Shown: positions 13,223 through 25,774, counted from the whole stretch's first letter. The stretch: 63,684 nt of DNA, filler included, from Octopus bimaculoides (GCF_001194135.2; 7 parts of 7 records of this genome joined end to end with filler, not necessarily neighbours in it); one strand, 5' to 3'. Notes: generated by a model not told the origin, from the letters alone. Program-made: numbers and translations.

Positions 13223-13933
13223 CTATCTATCTATCTATCTATTCTATTAAAATTTGCGTGCATATTGTATGTGTATGGGCGCGCGTGTATATGTGTGCGT
13301 TTGCACGGGCGCACACGCACACGTTTTCTTGTTTCACAAACGAGATTACAATTACTGAAGAAATATTGTAGCGGTTATATTATTTATTTATTCACAGCTG
13401 GTATTTGCTCCGTCACTGCTCAGATTTCTCTGCTCTTAACGCTCGTCCAGGCAAAATATAATGGAAAAACAGGGAAAAAAAAATGGCGTCTGTATAATCT
13501 CTATCAACCATTTAACGTATAGTTATTTATTTACTCTACTACCTATCAAAAGATTAGACGACTTAAATGCCATGCTTCACTCAAAGCACACACTCAATAT
13601 GAAACAATCTATGGTGTGTAACGTGTATAGATTATAATAGAAAATATATACAATTGTTTTGGTGTGTATTTTCTAATGAAATTACTCTCAATGTATCTAA
13701 CTTGGCGTAAGTTATGAGGCAGAGCTAGTTTTATATGAATAATGTGATGGATCCTTTACCAACTTGGTATACGGTCAAAATTTGTGTTCTTTATTTGAGT
13801 GTGCAATTTGGCGATGTTCCTGCATCGTAATGGTTAGCACGCTTGCTTGATCAGCAGGATATCCGTTCGATTTTTTTTTACAACTATATAACGTTTTATA
13901 TTGTATGTGTGTGGGTATGTATGTATGTATGTA

Positions 13934-13986
<53 letters not shown>

Positions 13987-14470
13987 NNNNNNNNNNNNNN
14001 NNNNNNNNNNNNNNNNNNNNNNNNNNNNNNNNNNNNNNNNNNNNNNNNNNNNNNNNNNNNNNNNNNNNNNNNNNNNNNNNNNNNNNNNNNNNNNNNNNNN
14101 NNNNNNNNNNNNNNNNNNNNNNNNNNNNNNNNNNNNNNNNNNNNNNNNNNNNNNNNNNNNNNNNNNNNNNNNNNNNNNNNNNNNNNNNNNNNNNNNNNNN
14201 NNNNNNNNNNNNNNNNNNNNNNNNNNNNNNNNNNNNNNNNNNNNNNNNNNNNNNNNNNNNNNNNNNNNNNNNNNNNNNNNNNNNNNNNNNNNNNNNNNNN
14301 NNNNNNNNNNNNNNNNNNNNNNNNNNNNNNNNNNNNNNNNNNNNNNNNNNNNNNNNNNNNNNNNNNNNNNNNNNNNNNNNNNNNNNNNNNNNNNNNNNNN
14401 NNNNNNNNNNNNNNNNNNNNNNNNNNNNNNNNNNNNNNNNNNNNNNNNNNNNNNNNNNNNNNNNNNNNNN

Positions 14471-14524
<54 letters not shown>

Positions 14525-15481
14525 TGTGTGTGTATGTATATGTGTGTGTATTGGTATGTTTGTGTATTTATTCATAGCTATTCGTCTCTGCATAACTGCT
14601 TGCCTATATTTCCAACACAGTAACTAGACATATACCTCTTATACACAGACGAATATATCTATTACCATCTGCATTAGTTTATTTACTTATCTACAACGCC
14701 CGTCTAACGACCTCACTATCACCATACCTACATATCAGCCCATATACCTATCCATCGTAGATATTTTCCACGTGATTGGTCGAATGTACAAGCTAAATAT
14801 AACCGCTAAATATCCTCCAAATTACACTGCACAGTCTTCAAAAGATGATGGGAGGCACATCAGATAGTGGTTTCCAAAATTTACAATAGCAACGAAAGAA
14901 CGCGATAACCATCGATTAAACGTTTTTGATCATAAGGCTTCCATTTTAGTTTATCAATCTAAGTTCCCATTTTCCAACCAATACCTTATGTCTAGCATAG
15001 CGTAACACTTTTGTCTATTGTTGTTTGCTACAATATTATTGATAATTATATGTATAAATGTGTTTTACAACATTCCTTTTGGTTGCACAAAACAAGTGCA
15101 GTTTGGTTCATTTAGACTGAATAATTTCAGTCACCGGAGCCATATTTCCATCTGTAACTTTATTCAGTAAATGTAAACTGTGTTTACTTTTTAAGCAGAA
15201 AGAAGCTAACTTTACATGTATACAGACACTCAAATGAAACACGCACGCACACAAGAACACACATATATACACACACACACACAAGAACACATATGCACGC
15301 ATAAACAGACAAAAATAACATTATATACGTGTGTTGTGTGTGTGTAGGCAGGTAGGTATGTATGCATATATATGTACACATACACATATATATATATATA
15401 TACATACATCAATACGCATATACATACATACATACATACATACATACATACATACATACATACATGCATACATACATACAT

Positions 15482-15534
<53 letters not shown>

Positions 15535-15685
15535 ATAAGTATCCGCATAAATTATGTGTAAAACTACATACGTATATACAGCGATAGAAATACAATTTCA
15601 TACAAACGTACACACTAGCTGAAAAATATATATATACCTACAAATGAATGCAAAGACACATACATACATACATACATCTATACAC

Positions 15686-15760
<75 letters not shown>

Positions 15761-15844
15761 CATATACATATGCATAGAAACATATATGTATGTATATATA
15801 NNNNNNNNNNNNNNNNNNNNNNNNNNNNNNNNNNNNNNNNNNNN

Positions 15845-15856
15845 TTAATTAATTAA
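15845..15856. other. Assembly linker TTAATTAATTAA inside an N gap (also 25819, 37121, 45585, 53803, 62114)
   Basis: Identical 12-mer embedded in N runs six times, with stops in all six frames; marks scaffold joins. Confidence 0.9.
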
Positions 15857-15900
15857 NNNNNNNNNNNNNNNNNNNNNNNNNNNNNNNNNNNNNNNNNNNN

Positions 15901-16210
15901 GCGAGAGGTTTCACCAGGATATTCTGAACATGGAAACCCGATACCAAGGAAAGTGGAGCTCTTCTATGTTGGCTAAATATTGTCGAAAATAATATGCCCC
16001 TATCTTTTAAAGATAAGCTTCTTTGAAATATCAGGCTGGTTTTTGAATTCATGAAATACAATTGTTTAACAATTCACATTTGCTATCACAGAAAAACTAT
16101 GAATTATAGAAAAAAATCTGAAAATACACTGAATTCTGCAGATAAAATATTAAGTTCACCTACTTTTGTTTGTGGGACAGAATTTTTCATTAATTCTGTT
16201 GACCAATTGT
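15901..16210 (+). mobile_element. Chapaev/CMC-type DNA transposon 3' fragment
   Basis: (G)ERFHQDILNMETRYQGKWSSSMLAKYC matches the GERFHQD...RYQG.W...M.ADYCW motif; starts at a gap. Confidence 0.6.
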
Positions 16211-16765
16211 AGTTTTGTCAGACTTATTTCTGCATTAGTATAGTACTAAGGCCCCGAGCTGGCAGAATCGTTAGCACGCCGGACGAAATGCTTAGTGGTA
16301 TTTCATTTGTCTTTACGTTCTGAGTTCAAATTCCGCCGAGGTCGACTTTGCCTTTCATGCTTTCAGGGTCGATAAACTAAGTACCAGTTGTGTACTAGGG
16401 TCGTCGATCTAATCGACTGCCCCCCCCTCCCCAAAAACCTCAGGCCTTGTGCCTAGAGTAGAAAAGACTATAGTACATTTACTGTATAATTTAATTACTC
16501 TGTCACATAAAAACCATGCCTGATAGAAAAATTCTAAAAACAGATTCGAAATCTGCGTTAAAAGTACTGTAAAGTTCGCTTCCTTTACTTCATGAGACAG
16601 CAAAAACGTTGGATTTTGTTGATCAGTGTAATTATTCTCGCAGTCCCAAACAACATGTGTGTGTATGTATGTATAGAGTGTTTGAAGTGATGTACAGATG
16701 TTGTATATTGAGAAAAAGGAGGCAGAATTTTGGATATTTTTTTATTTAGTGCTTTCATCTTTTCG

Positions 16766-16841
16766 GGGGGTTTAGCTCAATCGCTCAGAGCATCGTGACG
16801 CGTAATCACGGAGATGTGAGTTCGAGTCCACAGCTAACCAC
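16766..16841 (+). pseudogene. Isolated tRNA-Thr(CGT)-like pseudogene
   Basis: TAGCTCAA A box, anticodon arm CGTGA-CGCGTAA-TCACG, GTTCGAGTC B box, T-run just downstream; G at position 33 and poor acceptor stem. Confidence 0.55.
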
Positions 16842-18104
16842 CTACACTTTTTTCTGCAAAATAGGGGTAGTTTATCCTGTTCAGGCTATATTATTAGCAT
16901 TATCCTGCGATTGAGAATTTAAAATCACTTCTTTAACTTTTCAAAATAAATTTTCTAGAAAGTTCCTTGGCTTTTATACAAATGGAGATGTGTGTGTGTG
17001 TGCACGGCAGGTTTCTACATAGATTCCATGTATGAAATTCACACACAAGTTATTATTGGTCGGCTGGGGGTTATAGTAGAAGACATCTGCCCAATGTGCC
17101 GCACCACTAGGCTACCGACAATCTTACTAGTTCTATCACATAGCTCTCTAGATAAAAAAAAAAGAAAAAATGTTAATTAATGAGGAGGTAATCAAGAGAT
17201 TCGATGCAAAGTTTTGGAAATAGTAAACAACATAACACACACACATATATACAGACTTACAAATATACACACACTGGTTACACACGCATATATACATACA
17301 CGAATACATACACACAGGCACACACACATACAGATAGTTTGTGTATTTGTTTCTATGGAAACATATTTTGTTAGTATCCAGTGAAGAAATAACAACAAAA
17401 CAAATAAGAAAGAAAAAAGAAAAGTATTATGTTTTAATCAACATAATTATTACTGTAACTTTACTCCATGTTTTTCGTAAATGAATAAATAGTCATAATG
17501 GTATATGACGGCAACGAGAGGTGGTGGTGGTGGTGGTGGTAGAGGTGGTAGTGGTGGTAACGGCGGTGAGGAGGAGGAGGAAGAGGGGAATGATGGTATT
17601 AATNNNNNNNNNNNNNNNNNNNNNNNNNNNNNNNNNNNNNNNNNNNNNNNNNNNNNNNNNNNNNNNNNNNNNNNNNNNNNNNNNNNNNNNNNNNNNNNNN
17701 NNNNNNNNNNNNNNNNNNNNNNNNNNNNNNNNNNNNNNNNNNNNNNNNNNNNNNNNNNNNNNNNNNNNNNNNNNNNNNNNNNNNNNNNNNNNNNNNNNNN
17801 NNNNNNNNNNNNNNNNNNNNNNNNNNNNNNNNNNNNNNNNNNNNNNNNNNNNNNNNNNNNNNNNNNNNNNNNNNNNNNNNNNNNNNNNNNNNNNNNNNNA
17901 CCCTAATAATAATAATAACAATCCTTTCTGCTATAGGCACAAGGCTCAAAATTTGACGGGAGCGGAAGAGTCGATTACATTGATTCCAAAAGGATGTAAG
18001 TCAAAGTCGACCTTGATGGAATTTGAACTCAGAACCTAAAGACGGACGAAATGCTGCTAAGCATTTTGTCCGGCGCGGTAAGGATTCAGCCAGTTCACTG
18101 TGTT

Positions 18105-18909
18105 AGACCAGAGAGAGCAGATGAAGAAAATCTGGCAGGGCAAGAAAATGCACAATCAGTTCTTGAAGAATAAAGATGAGATTGATTGGAATAGAACCTG
18201 GCAATGGCTGCAGAAAGGAGACTTAAAAGGGCCCACTGAGGCATTAGTGTACAGCTAGAACAAGCTCCCAGAATAAACTACTCCAAATATCACATTGATA
18301 AAAGCACTGACACACCTAGTGTAGGATGGGCTCTGAAAAGGGAGAAAGTATAAGCCATATTGTTAGTGAGTACTGTAAGCTCGCACAACGTGAATACAAA
18401 AGGAGACACGACAATGTGGCCAGATATGCCCACTGGCTGTTGTGCGGTAAAGCAAAGAGGGAGGCCGTGAACTTTTACAAATGGCATTAACAATGAATAT
18501 TGCCACAATTGGCCTAGACACCTACCTGAAAAACTCTGAGGACTGGATGTTAAAACTTGTCTCAAAACATAAAAACAAGAAAGCATCATACTCAATAGTA
18601 AAACAGGCAAAGGAATATCTAAGTGAATTCCAAATACAACAAATTCCAGAATAAGACGTACTGGAAACAGAGAAAAAGTTAAGCGTATGAAAACCCGTGC
18701 TAAAACTGCTGCCTTAGATATTCTTTCTGATAAATGGCAAGAAAACCTCTCAATGACTAATACCCAAAGAGAACTAATAGTGCCGGTGTTGACAAAGCCC
18801 TTACCCATCAGTGGCTAGTGTTTTCTGGCTTAAAATCTGAAACAGAAGGGTTTATCATAGCAGCCAAAGATCAATGCATACCTACAAGAAACTGCAAAAG
18901 TCAAACATA

Positions 18910-18910
<1 letters not shown>
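18105..18910 (+). mobile_element. Two fused fragments of R4/Dong-like non-LTR retrotransposons
   Basis: 18105-18450: WNRTWQWLQKGDLKGPTEAL, decayed zinc knuckle, KLAQREYKRRHDNVA. 18451-18910: decayed EGGRGL, KNSEDWMLKLV, VDKALTHQWLVFSGLKSETEGFIIAAKDQCIPTRN. Ends in (TAA)n. Confidence 0.8.
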
Positions 18911-18961
<51 letters not shown>

Positions 18962-21091
18962 CCTTTCTACTGTAGGCACAAGGCCTGAAATTTGGGGGAA
19001 GGGATTAAGTTGATTATATCGCCCCCAATGCGTAACTGGTCCTGAATGGATGAAAGGCAAGTCGACCACGGCGGAATTTGAACTCAGAACGTAGCGGCGG
19101 ACGAAATACCGCTAAGCATTTTGCTTGGTGAGCTAACGATTCTGCCAGCTCGCCACCTGAATAATAATAATAATAATAATAATAAAAATAATAATAATAA
19201 TGATGATGATAATCATGAGGAGGAGGAGAGGAAGGAGGAGGAAGAGAGGAAGAAGAAGAAGAAAGAGAAGAAGAAGGAGGAGGAGAAGAAGAAGAAGAAG
19301 AAGAAAGTGAAGAAGAAGAAGTGAAAGAAGAAAGAGAAGAAGAAGAAGAAAGAGAAGAAGGAGGAGGAGAAGAAGAAGAAGAAAGAGAAGGAGGAGGAGA
19401 AGAAGAAGAAAGAGAAGAAGAAGGAGGAGGAGAAGAAGAAAGAGAAGAAGAAGAAGAAGAAGAGCTGGGACATATCTCATAGGAATAGAGTCATGCAAAT
19501 TTCATTATTAAAAGCGATGGTGGGATGCAATGTTTGATTTGTGTCAAACCAACATTCGTACGCCATGTCAATTATATTGATAAGTTGTGATTAAATTTAG
19601 ACATGGCGTTATGTTTCTGTAAAAGAGATTTGAATGCTTTTTTGTTTTATGGAGAAACAATTATGTTTATCGAATTAATTAAATCAAAAGCAGAAAATAG
19701 AACGAAAACACCCACACAAAGTAACAAACAACCCGCGCATACGTACGTACATACATACATACATATATATATACACATACACCTAGGCACGCGCACGCAC
19801 ACATATACATAGGCATACACATACACACAGGCACGCGTATGCACACCCATATAGAGGCACCCATACAACCGAACATATACATATATACACACAGAAGCAG
19901 AAGCGTTAGGCGCCCGATCACTATCCCCGCTGGTATTCGTTCAGAGTGTAAGGCAAATCCTGCTGTAGTCCATGTTTGTGTGTATACAAACATACATACA
20001 CATCACGTACACAGATACATACATACATACATACATACATACATACATACATANNNNNNNNNNNNNNNNNNNNNNNNNNNNNNNNNNNNNNNNNNNNNNN
20101 NNNNNNNNNNNNNNNNNNNNNNNNNNNNNNNNNNNNNNNNNNNNNNNNNNNNNATCCTTTCTACTATAGGCACAAGGCCTGAAATTTGGGGGAGGGGAAT
20201 AATCGATTACATCAACCCCAGTGCTTTACTGGTACTTAATTTATCAAACCCAAAAGGATGAAAGGCAAAGTTGACCTCAGCGGAATTTGAACTCACGACG
20301 TTGCGACAGTTGAAGTGCTGCTAACAATTCTGCCAGCTCACTGCCTTAATAATAATGATGATGAAGATGATGATTTCAAATTTTAGCACAAGGCCAGCAA
20401 TTTCCAAAGAGTTCATTACATTGAATCCATTATGCAACTGGTACTTATTCTATCGACCCTGAAAGAGTGAATGGCAAAGTGAACCTTGGCAGCATTTGAA
20501 TTCAGAATGTAAAGATAGATGAAATGCTACTGTGCATTTTGTCAGGTGAGTTAATGATTCTAGCAGCTCGCCACCTTAGCAACAACAACAACAATAATAA
20601 TAATAACAACAACAATAAGAGTAATAAGAACAACAACAAAATTATAATAATAATTGTTAGCACTGACACAAGGCCTTGGTAGAATTTGAACCCAGACACT
20701 CTACTGACTCATATGATTACAACAGTCTGACTTTTGTTAATTAGGTTTTTAATTAATTTCACAAATTTATGGTTTTGTTAATTCCTTTATACATTTAAAA
20801 TAATAAAGTTTTCTGGTAGTTTCATTTCTTGTCATTTTGTCCAAAATCAGATCTGATTGAGGAAATCTATGATCAAAGGCTTTCCAGCCATGACCATCCC
20901 ACCTTATATATTTCTCAAATATCAAATATTGTTTCTTTTTAATTATTTTTAAAGTGAATCACAGAGTGTTAATTTCAAGGAAATTTGACTGCTATTTCTA
21001 GCATGTCTTAGCAACCATGCACAAGCACTCTATATTTCAGAGCAGTGGTGGTGGTGGTCATGCTGGTGTTGGTGGTGGTGGTGGGGTTAAT

Positions 21092-21166
21092 TCAACGTCT
21101 CTCAAGTTTAAGCCAGATTCCATTCTTTGCAGAGAGAAGAGGCTGCTTGTTAAGGATAATCGGGTT
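21092..21166 (-). CDS. Cytochrome P450 terminal coding exon
   Basis: Acceptor TTTGTTATTTTTAG|, phase 0, NPIILNKQPLLSAKNGIWLKLERR then TGA; resembles the CYP3A C-terminus in length and character. Confidence 0.9.
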   Translation of the reverse strand, partial: NPIILNKQPLLSAKNGIWLKLERR

Positions 21167-21646
21167 CTAAAAATAACAAAGAAAGAAAGAAACAGGGTAA
21201 AAGACAGTAGTAGTAGTAGTAGTAGTCGTAGTAGTAGTAGTGGTAGCAGCAGCAGTAGCAGTAGTGGTGGTGGTAGTAGTAGTGGTAGTAGTAGAAGTAG
21301 TAGTAGTAGTTGCAGTAGTAATAGTAGTAGTAGTAGTAGTAGTGTGGTAGTAGTAGTAGTAGTAGTAGAAGAAGTAGCAGTAGTAATAGTAGTGGTGGTG
21401 GTGGTGGTAGTAGTAGTAGTAATAGTGATGGTGGTGGTGGTAGTAGTGGTGGTGGTATTAATAGCAGTTGTAGTAGTAATGGTGGGGGAGATTACGGGGG
21501 TGGTGTTGGTAGTAGTAGTTGTAGTAGTGGTGGTGGTAACAGTAATAGAATTACTGGTGGGAGTGGTAGCAACAGCAGTAGTAGCAACGGTAGCAGATTA
21601 TTCAATTAATTTAATCAATTAATTAATTAATTAATTAATTAATTAC

Positions 21647-21809
21647 CTCAGTTTTCTCACATGGCACAAATCTATATGTGGCGAGAATCTTGATCATTGC
21701 AAATTTGACTTCCATCTGAGCCAACCTCAGGCCAATGCAAATCCTGGGTCCGGCGCCAAAGGGCAAGTATGCAAACTTGGTATGTGTCTTCTGGGCTTCA
21801 TCTGAAAAT
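21647..21809 (-). CDS. Cytochrome P450 heme-binding exon
   Basis: Acceptor TCTTTTTACAG| and donor GAG|GTAATT. 163 nt, in frame with the previous exon: (R)FSDEAQKTHTKFAYLPFGAGPRICIGLRLAQMEVKFAMIKILATYRFVPCEKTE. Contains the FxxGxRxCxG signature; intron positions match those of vertebrate CYP3A (PER|F phase 2, xTQ| phase 0). Missed by the ORF track. Confidence 0.97.
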
Positions 21810-21875
21810 CTGTAAAAAGAAATTCAACAGAGTGAGAAAAAAAAAATCATACATATATATCATCACCATCACCAT

Positions 21876-22285
21876 AGGCGCAGGAGTGGCTGTGCGGTAA
21901 GTAGCTTGCTTACCAAGCACACGGTTCCAGGTTCAGTCCCACTGCGTGGCACCTTGGGCAAGTGTCTTCTACTGTAGCCTCGGGCCGACCAAAGCCTTGT
22001 GAGTGGATTTGGTAGACGGAAACTGAAAGAAGCCCTTCGTGTATATGTATATGTGTGTGTGTGTGTGTGTTTGTATGTCTGTGTTTGTCCCCCCATCATC
22101 GTTTGACAACCGATGCTGGTGTGTTCATGTCCCCGTACATTAGCGGTTCAGCAAAAAGTGACCGATAGAATAAGTACTAGGCTTGCAAAGAATAAGTCCT
22201 GGGGTCGATTTTCTCGACTAAAGGCGGTGCTCCAGCATGGCTGCAGTCAAATGACTGAAACAAGTAAAAGAGTAAAAGAGAGAGA
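21876..22285 (+). mobile_element. Near full-length tRNA-derived CORE-type SINE (family 2). Other copies near 4015-4330, 5245-5580, 7470-7865, 11515-11760, 24661-24860, 24930-25135, 45145-45540, 50160-50740, 52185-52330, 53530-53700 and 57610-58050
   Basis: tRNA-like head (GTGGCTGTGCGGTAAG...GGTTCAGTCCC), CORE-like GGCACCTTGGGCAAGTGTCTTCTACT, internal (GT)n, tail GACTGAAACAAGTAAAAGAG; resembles octopus OR/OK SINEs. Confidence 0.9.
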
Positions 22286-22751
22286 GTATCATTGTCATTG
22301 TTACCATATTGTGTTCAAATTTTGAGCCAAGAACAGCAATTTTGGGGCAGGAGATAAGTTGATAGCACTGACCCCAGTGCGTAACTGGTACTTATCTTAT
22401 TGATCCCCCAAAAGGATGAGAAGCAAAGTTAACCTTGGTGGAATTTGAACATGGAATGTAATGCCACTTAGCATTTTGTCTGGTGTGCTAAAGATGCAGC
22501 AAGATTGCTGCCTTAATAATAATAATAATAATAATCCTTTCTACTGAAGGCACAAGGCCTTGAAATGTTGGGGGAGGGGACTGGTCGATTTCATCAACCC
22601 AATGTTTCACCAGTTCTTGATTTATCGACCCTGAAAGGATGAAAGGCAAAGTTGTCCTTAGCAGAATTTGAACTCAGAACGTAGCGATTGATGGGCGAAA
22701 TACTGCTAAGCATTTCGCCTGGCATGCTAATGATTCTCTCAGTTCACTGCC

Positions 22752-22789
<38 letters not shown>

Positions 22790-22791
<2 letters not shown>

Positions 22792-23155
22792 GAGCACTCG
22801 GAGAACGCAAACTTCTGCCATGGCAACACCAATGTCTTCTGAACAATTAGCCAGAGATGGTTTTTAAAATGAGAATGTCTAAAAGAAACTCGACTGCTCT
22901 CACAAATGAGAATACTAAGAATGAATGCAGCTGCTCTCAAAAATTAAGTAAAAGAACAGGAAAAATAACCCAGAATCCTTGTCCGGTATCGGATCAATCC
23001 CAAAATCTAATCAGTTTGTGCCAGCCATGAGGCTGAAAGTTCCATGCAAATCCATCCAGCAGTTCTTGAGATATCTTGTCCACAGACAAACAAACAAACA
23101 AACAAACAAACTGAAACCAATACCTCCACCATCGCTAAGGCGGAGGTAATAATAG
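22790..23155 (+). mobile_element. Probable non-autonomous Helitron/Helentron-associated element (HINE-like)
   Basis: Starts AAGAGCACTCGGAGAACGCAAAC, has internal (ACAA)n, ends in hairpin TACCTCC..GGAGGTA followed by ATAA. Confidence 0.5.
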
Positions 23156-23372
23156 TTTCAAATTTTGCCACAAGGGCAGCAATTTTGGGGGGAGGGGATG
23201 AGACGATTAAGAGGGGATTAAGTTGATCCAAAGATTCTCAGTACAGGAAACGCTATGTAGAGCTTAAAAGATCCGAACATAGACTGGTGTTTTTACGAGG
23301 GATCAATTCTGTGGAGTAAAGAGTGGTTATAAGAGGGATAAAGTTGAGTAGATATGAAAGCAAATATGTGGA

Positions 23373-24044
23373 TAAACAAATTAGATATGTTAAATAGAAC
23401 AGCTTGTGTATGAAATACAAAATATGTATACATGCAAAATGAGAGAAAGCAAAAGGTGAAGACTTTTAGGGGATGAATATTTAAGTATAAATATATAGAT
23501 ATTTATATTAAGGGATCCAACTTACACAGAGTGCAAACGATGGAGAAAATTAAAAGAGACGAAGAAAGGTGTTATAAGTCCAACAGCTGTTTCTGGGGGC
23601 TTGGAAATCCATCATAATGTTGGTAGATGCAGTTCATCACAATATACAGCTGTAATGGAAGCAATCAACATTCCACCTTTGAACTTCTCTGAATTATGAC
23701 TCTGAAATGTAACATCTTTTCTACCCTGATGACAGAGGCTCATCTTGTCCAAAGTTGATTGCTTCCATTATGGCCACATATTGTGATAAACTACATTTAC
23801 CAACATTAAGATGGATCTCCAAGCCCCCGGAAGCAGCTGTTGGACTTACAACACCTTTCTTCGTCCCTTTTAATTTTCTCTGTCGCTTAGACTCTGTGTA
23901 AGTTGGACCTATTAATATAAATATCTATATATTAATGCTTAAATATTCATCATCTGAAAACCCTCCACCTTTTGCATGAATACCTATATTCATATTTTGT
24001 ATTTCACACCAAAGCTGTTATATTTAATATATTCAATTTGTTTA
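23373..24044. mobile_element. Foldback element with inverted arms of about 295 bp (23373-23669 / 23754-24044) in a CYP intron
   Basis: TAAACAAATT...GAAATACAAAATATG...GACGAAGAAAGGTGTT...GGAAGCAATCAAC mirrored by GTTGATTGCTTCC...AACACCTTTCTTCGTC...CATATTTTGTATTTC...AATTTGTTTA; loop about 85 bp with a decayed CTGATGA motif. Confidence 0.9.
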
Positions 24045-24501
24045 CCTGCATAATTCCCAACATACATACCTATATTTATACATATGAACAGACATGATAT
24101 ATATTTCTACATACATACCTATATTTATACATATGAACATACATACATACACACACACATAATATGATGATGGTAGTCTCATGTAGTCCAAGAAAGGTGG
24201 TTCTGCAATTTCTTGTTGAACAAACCTTTGCATAAACGATTTGTTTATACTGATCAAATGTATGTGTTGTACCTAATGGTCATTCCCTCCATCAAATTGA
24301 TGTTGCTTCAACAAGTGCATGGTGTACCACACATCAGGTGTCAGAGTGATTGCAGAGCAACACAGGATGAAGAGTTCAGCTCAAGACCACAACACACCAA
24401 CCAGTCAGTGAATTGAAACCGCAATCTCATGATCATGAAGGCAACACACTAACCACTAGACCATGCACCCTCACATACAAATATATACATACACAACTTA
24501 C

Positions 24502-24639
24502 CTGTCAGGATCGAATTTTTCAGGATCAGGCCAATATTTCGGACTATGGTGCAGAGCATAGATTGGAATGTTAATGCTGATATTTGCAGGAATTATCCAA
24601 TCTTTGATGGTGATTTGCTTCTTACTTTTTCTCAGAACA
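24502..24639 (-). CDS. Cytochrome P450 (clan 3, CYP3A-like), internal coding exon ending in the PERF-like motif
   Basis: Acceptor TTTTGCAG| and donor AG|GTAAGT. 138 nt, phase 2-2, encodes VLRKSKKQITIKDWIIPANISINIPIYALHHSPKYWPDPEKFDPD(R), the post-K-helix/meander region of P450s. Confidence 0.93.
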
Positions 24640-25739
24640 CTGCAAAATACAAAAAAGTTTTCCATCTTACTTGTTTCAGTAATTAGACTGTGGTAATGAT
24701 GGGACACTGCCTTGAAGCTGAGGTGCCAACATCAATCAAATTTTAGTTGATTCAATCAAATCAATTCCAGTATTTTTTGTCACTTTAAGCCTAGTACTTA
24801 TTTTATCTGTCTGCTTTTGATGAACTGTGAAGTTACTGGGACATCAACACACTGACACTGATAGATAGATGGATGGATGGATGGATGGATGGATGGGTGG
24901 GTGGGTATATATTTATGCATGTGTCACTATTTGTGTTTGTCCCCCACTACTGCTTGACAACCAGTGTTGCTTTGTTTACTTTCTCTTAACTTAGCAGATC
25001 AGGGAAAGAGACCAATAGAATAAGTACCAGGCTTTAAAAAAAAAATAAGTACTGGGGTTGATTCACTCAACTGAAACCCTTCAAGGCAGTGCTCCAGCAT
25101 GGCTGTAGTCCAATGGCTGAAACAAGTAAAAGATAAGAGGTATGTATATTCTATTTATTCTTTGCATCCCCTTCCTTGATTTATTGGATTTAAAATTCAA
25201 ACTTTTACTCCAACTGTTTGATCTACAAAAGATTATCTCCCTTGCAATCTCTGATCACCAGGGTGTATCATGTATCTGTAATAATCTTTACCATAAAGCA
25301 AGTACAACATTGACCTTCTGAAGCCTTTAGTTCCAAAGCCTATCCAGGTTACTGAATTACTGATTTCTATGAACTAGGGATGGCCACCTTGGTCAACACA
25401 TTCTAAATTAAACAAATATCAAATTTATTTATCACTGGATGGGGGATGTCAGTGTGCATATATGAGAGAGTACAAGTGATTTGAGAGGAAAACTGAAAAT
25501 ACAAGGCATCAGATGTATTATGCAAGGGAGAAGACTGTGTTGATATGGTCATCTTGGTGTCAAACCTGTTTTCCAGATTAACTTACTGAATGATCTTCAT
25601 GATAATAATAAATTGTCATATATTCCATCTTCTGTCTTTCATTTGCCATATACATAAAGGTCACTGTAAAAGTGACCATGCTTTACCAGTAAAAGCTACC
25701 AGGTGTAAATCATTCGTTTTATTTTATCCATTATATATG

Positions 25740-25774
<35 letters not shown>

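Noticed and set aside
13775-14627. Long ORFs of 240-272 aa (also 17493-18039, 43378-43980, 50252-50684, 56990-57382)
   Set aside because: Length comes from N runs translated as X.
15845-15856. Recurring TTAATTAATTAA in gaps as a regularly spaced motif
   Set aside because: Always embedded in N runs; scaffolding linker, not biological.
18290-18808. 172-aa minus-strand ORF
   Set aside because: Antisense to the R4/Dong-like fragments.
25586-25670. Splice-bounded minus-strand segment containing KMEYM as the missing CYP K-helix exon
   Set aside because: No ExxR motif and no P450 similarity beyond three residues.
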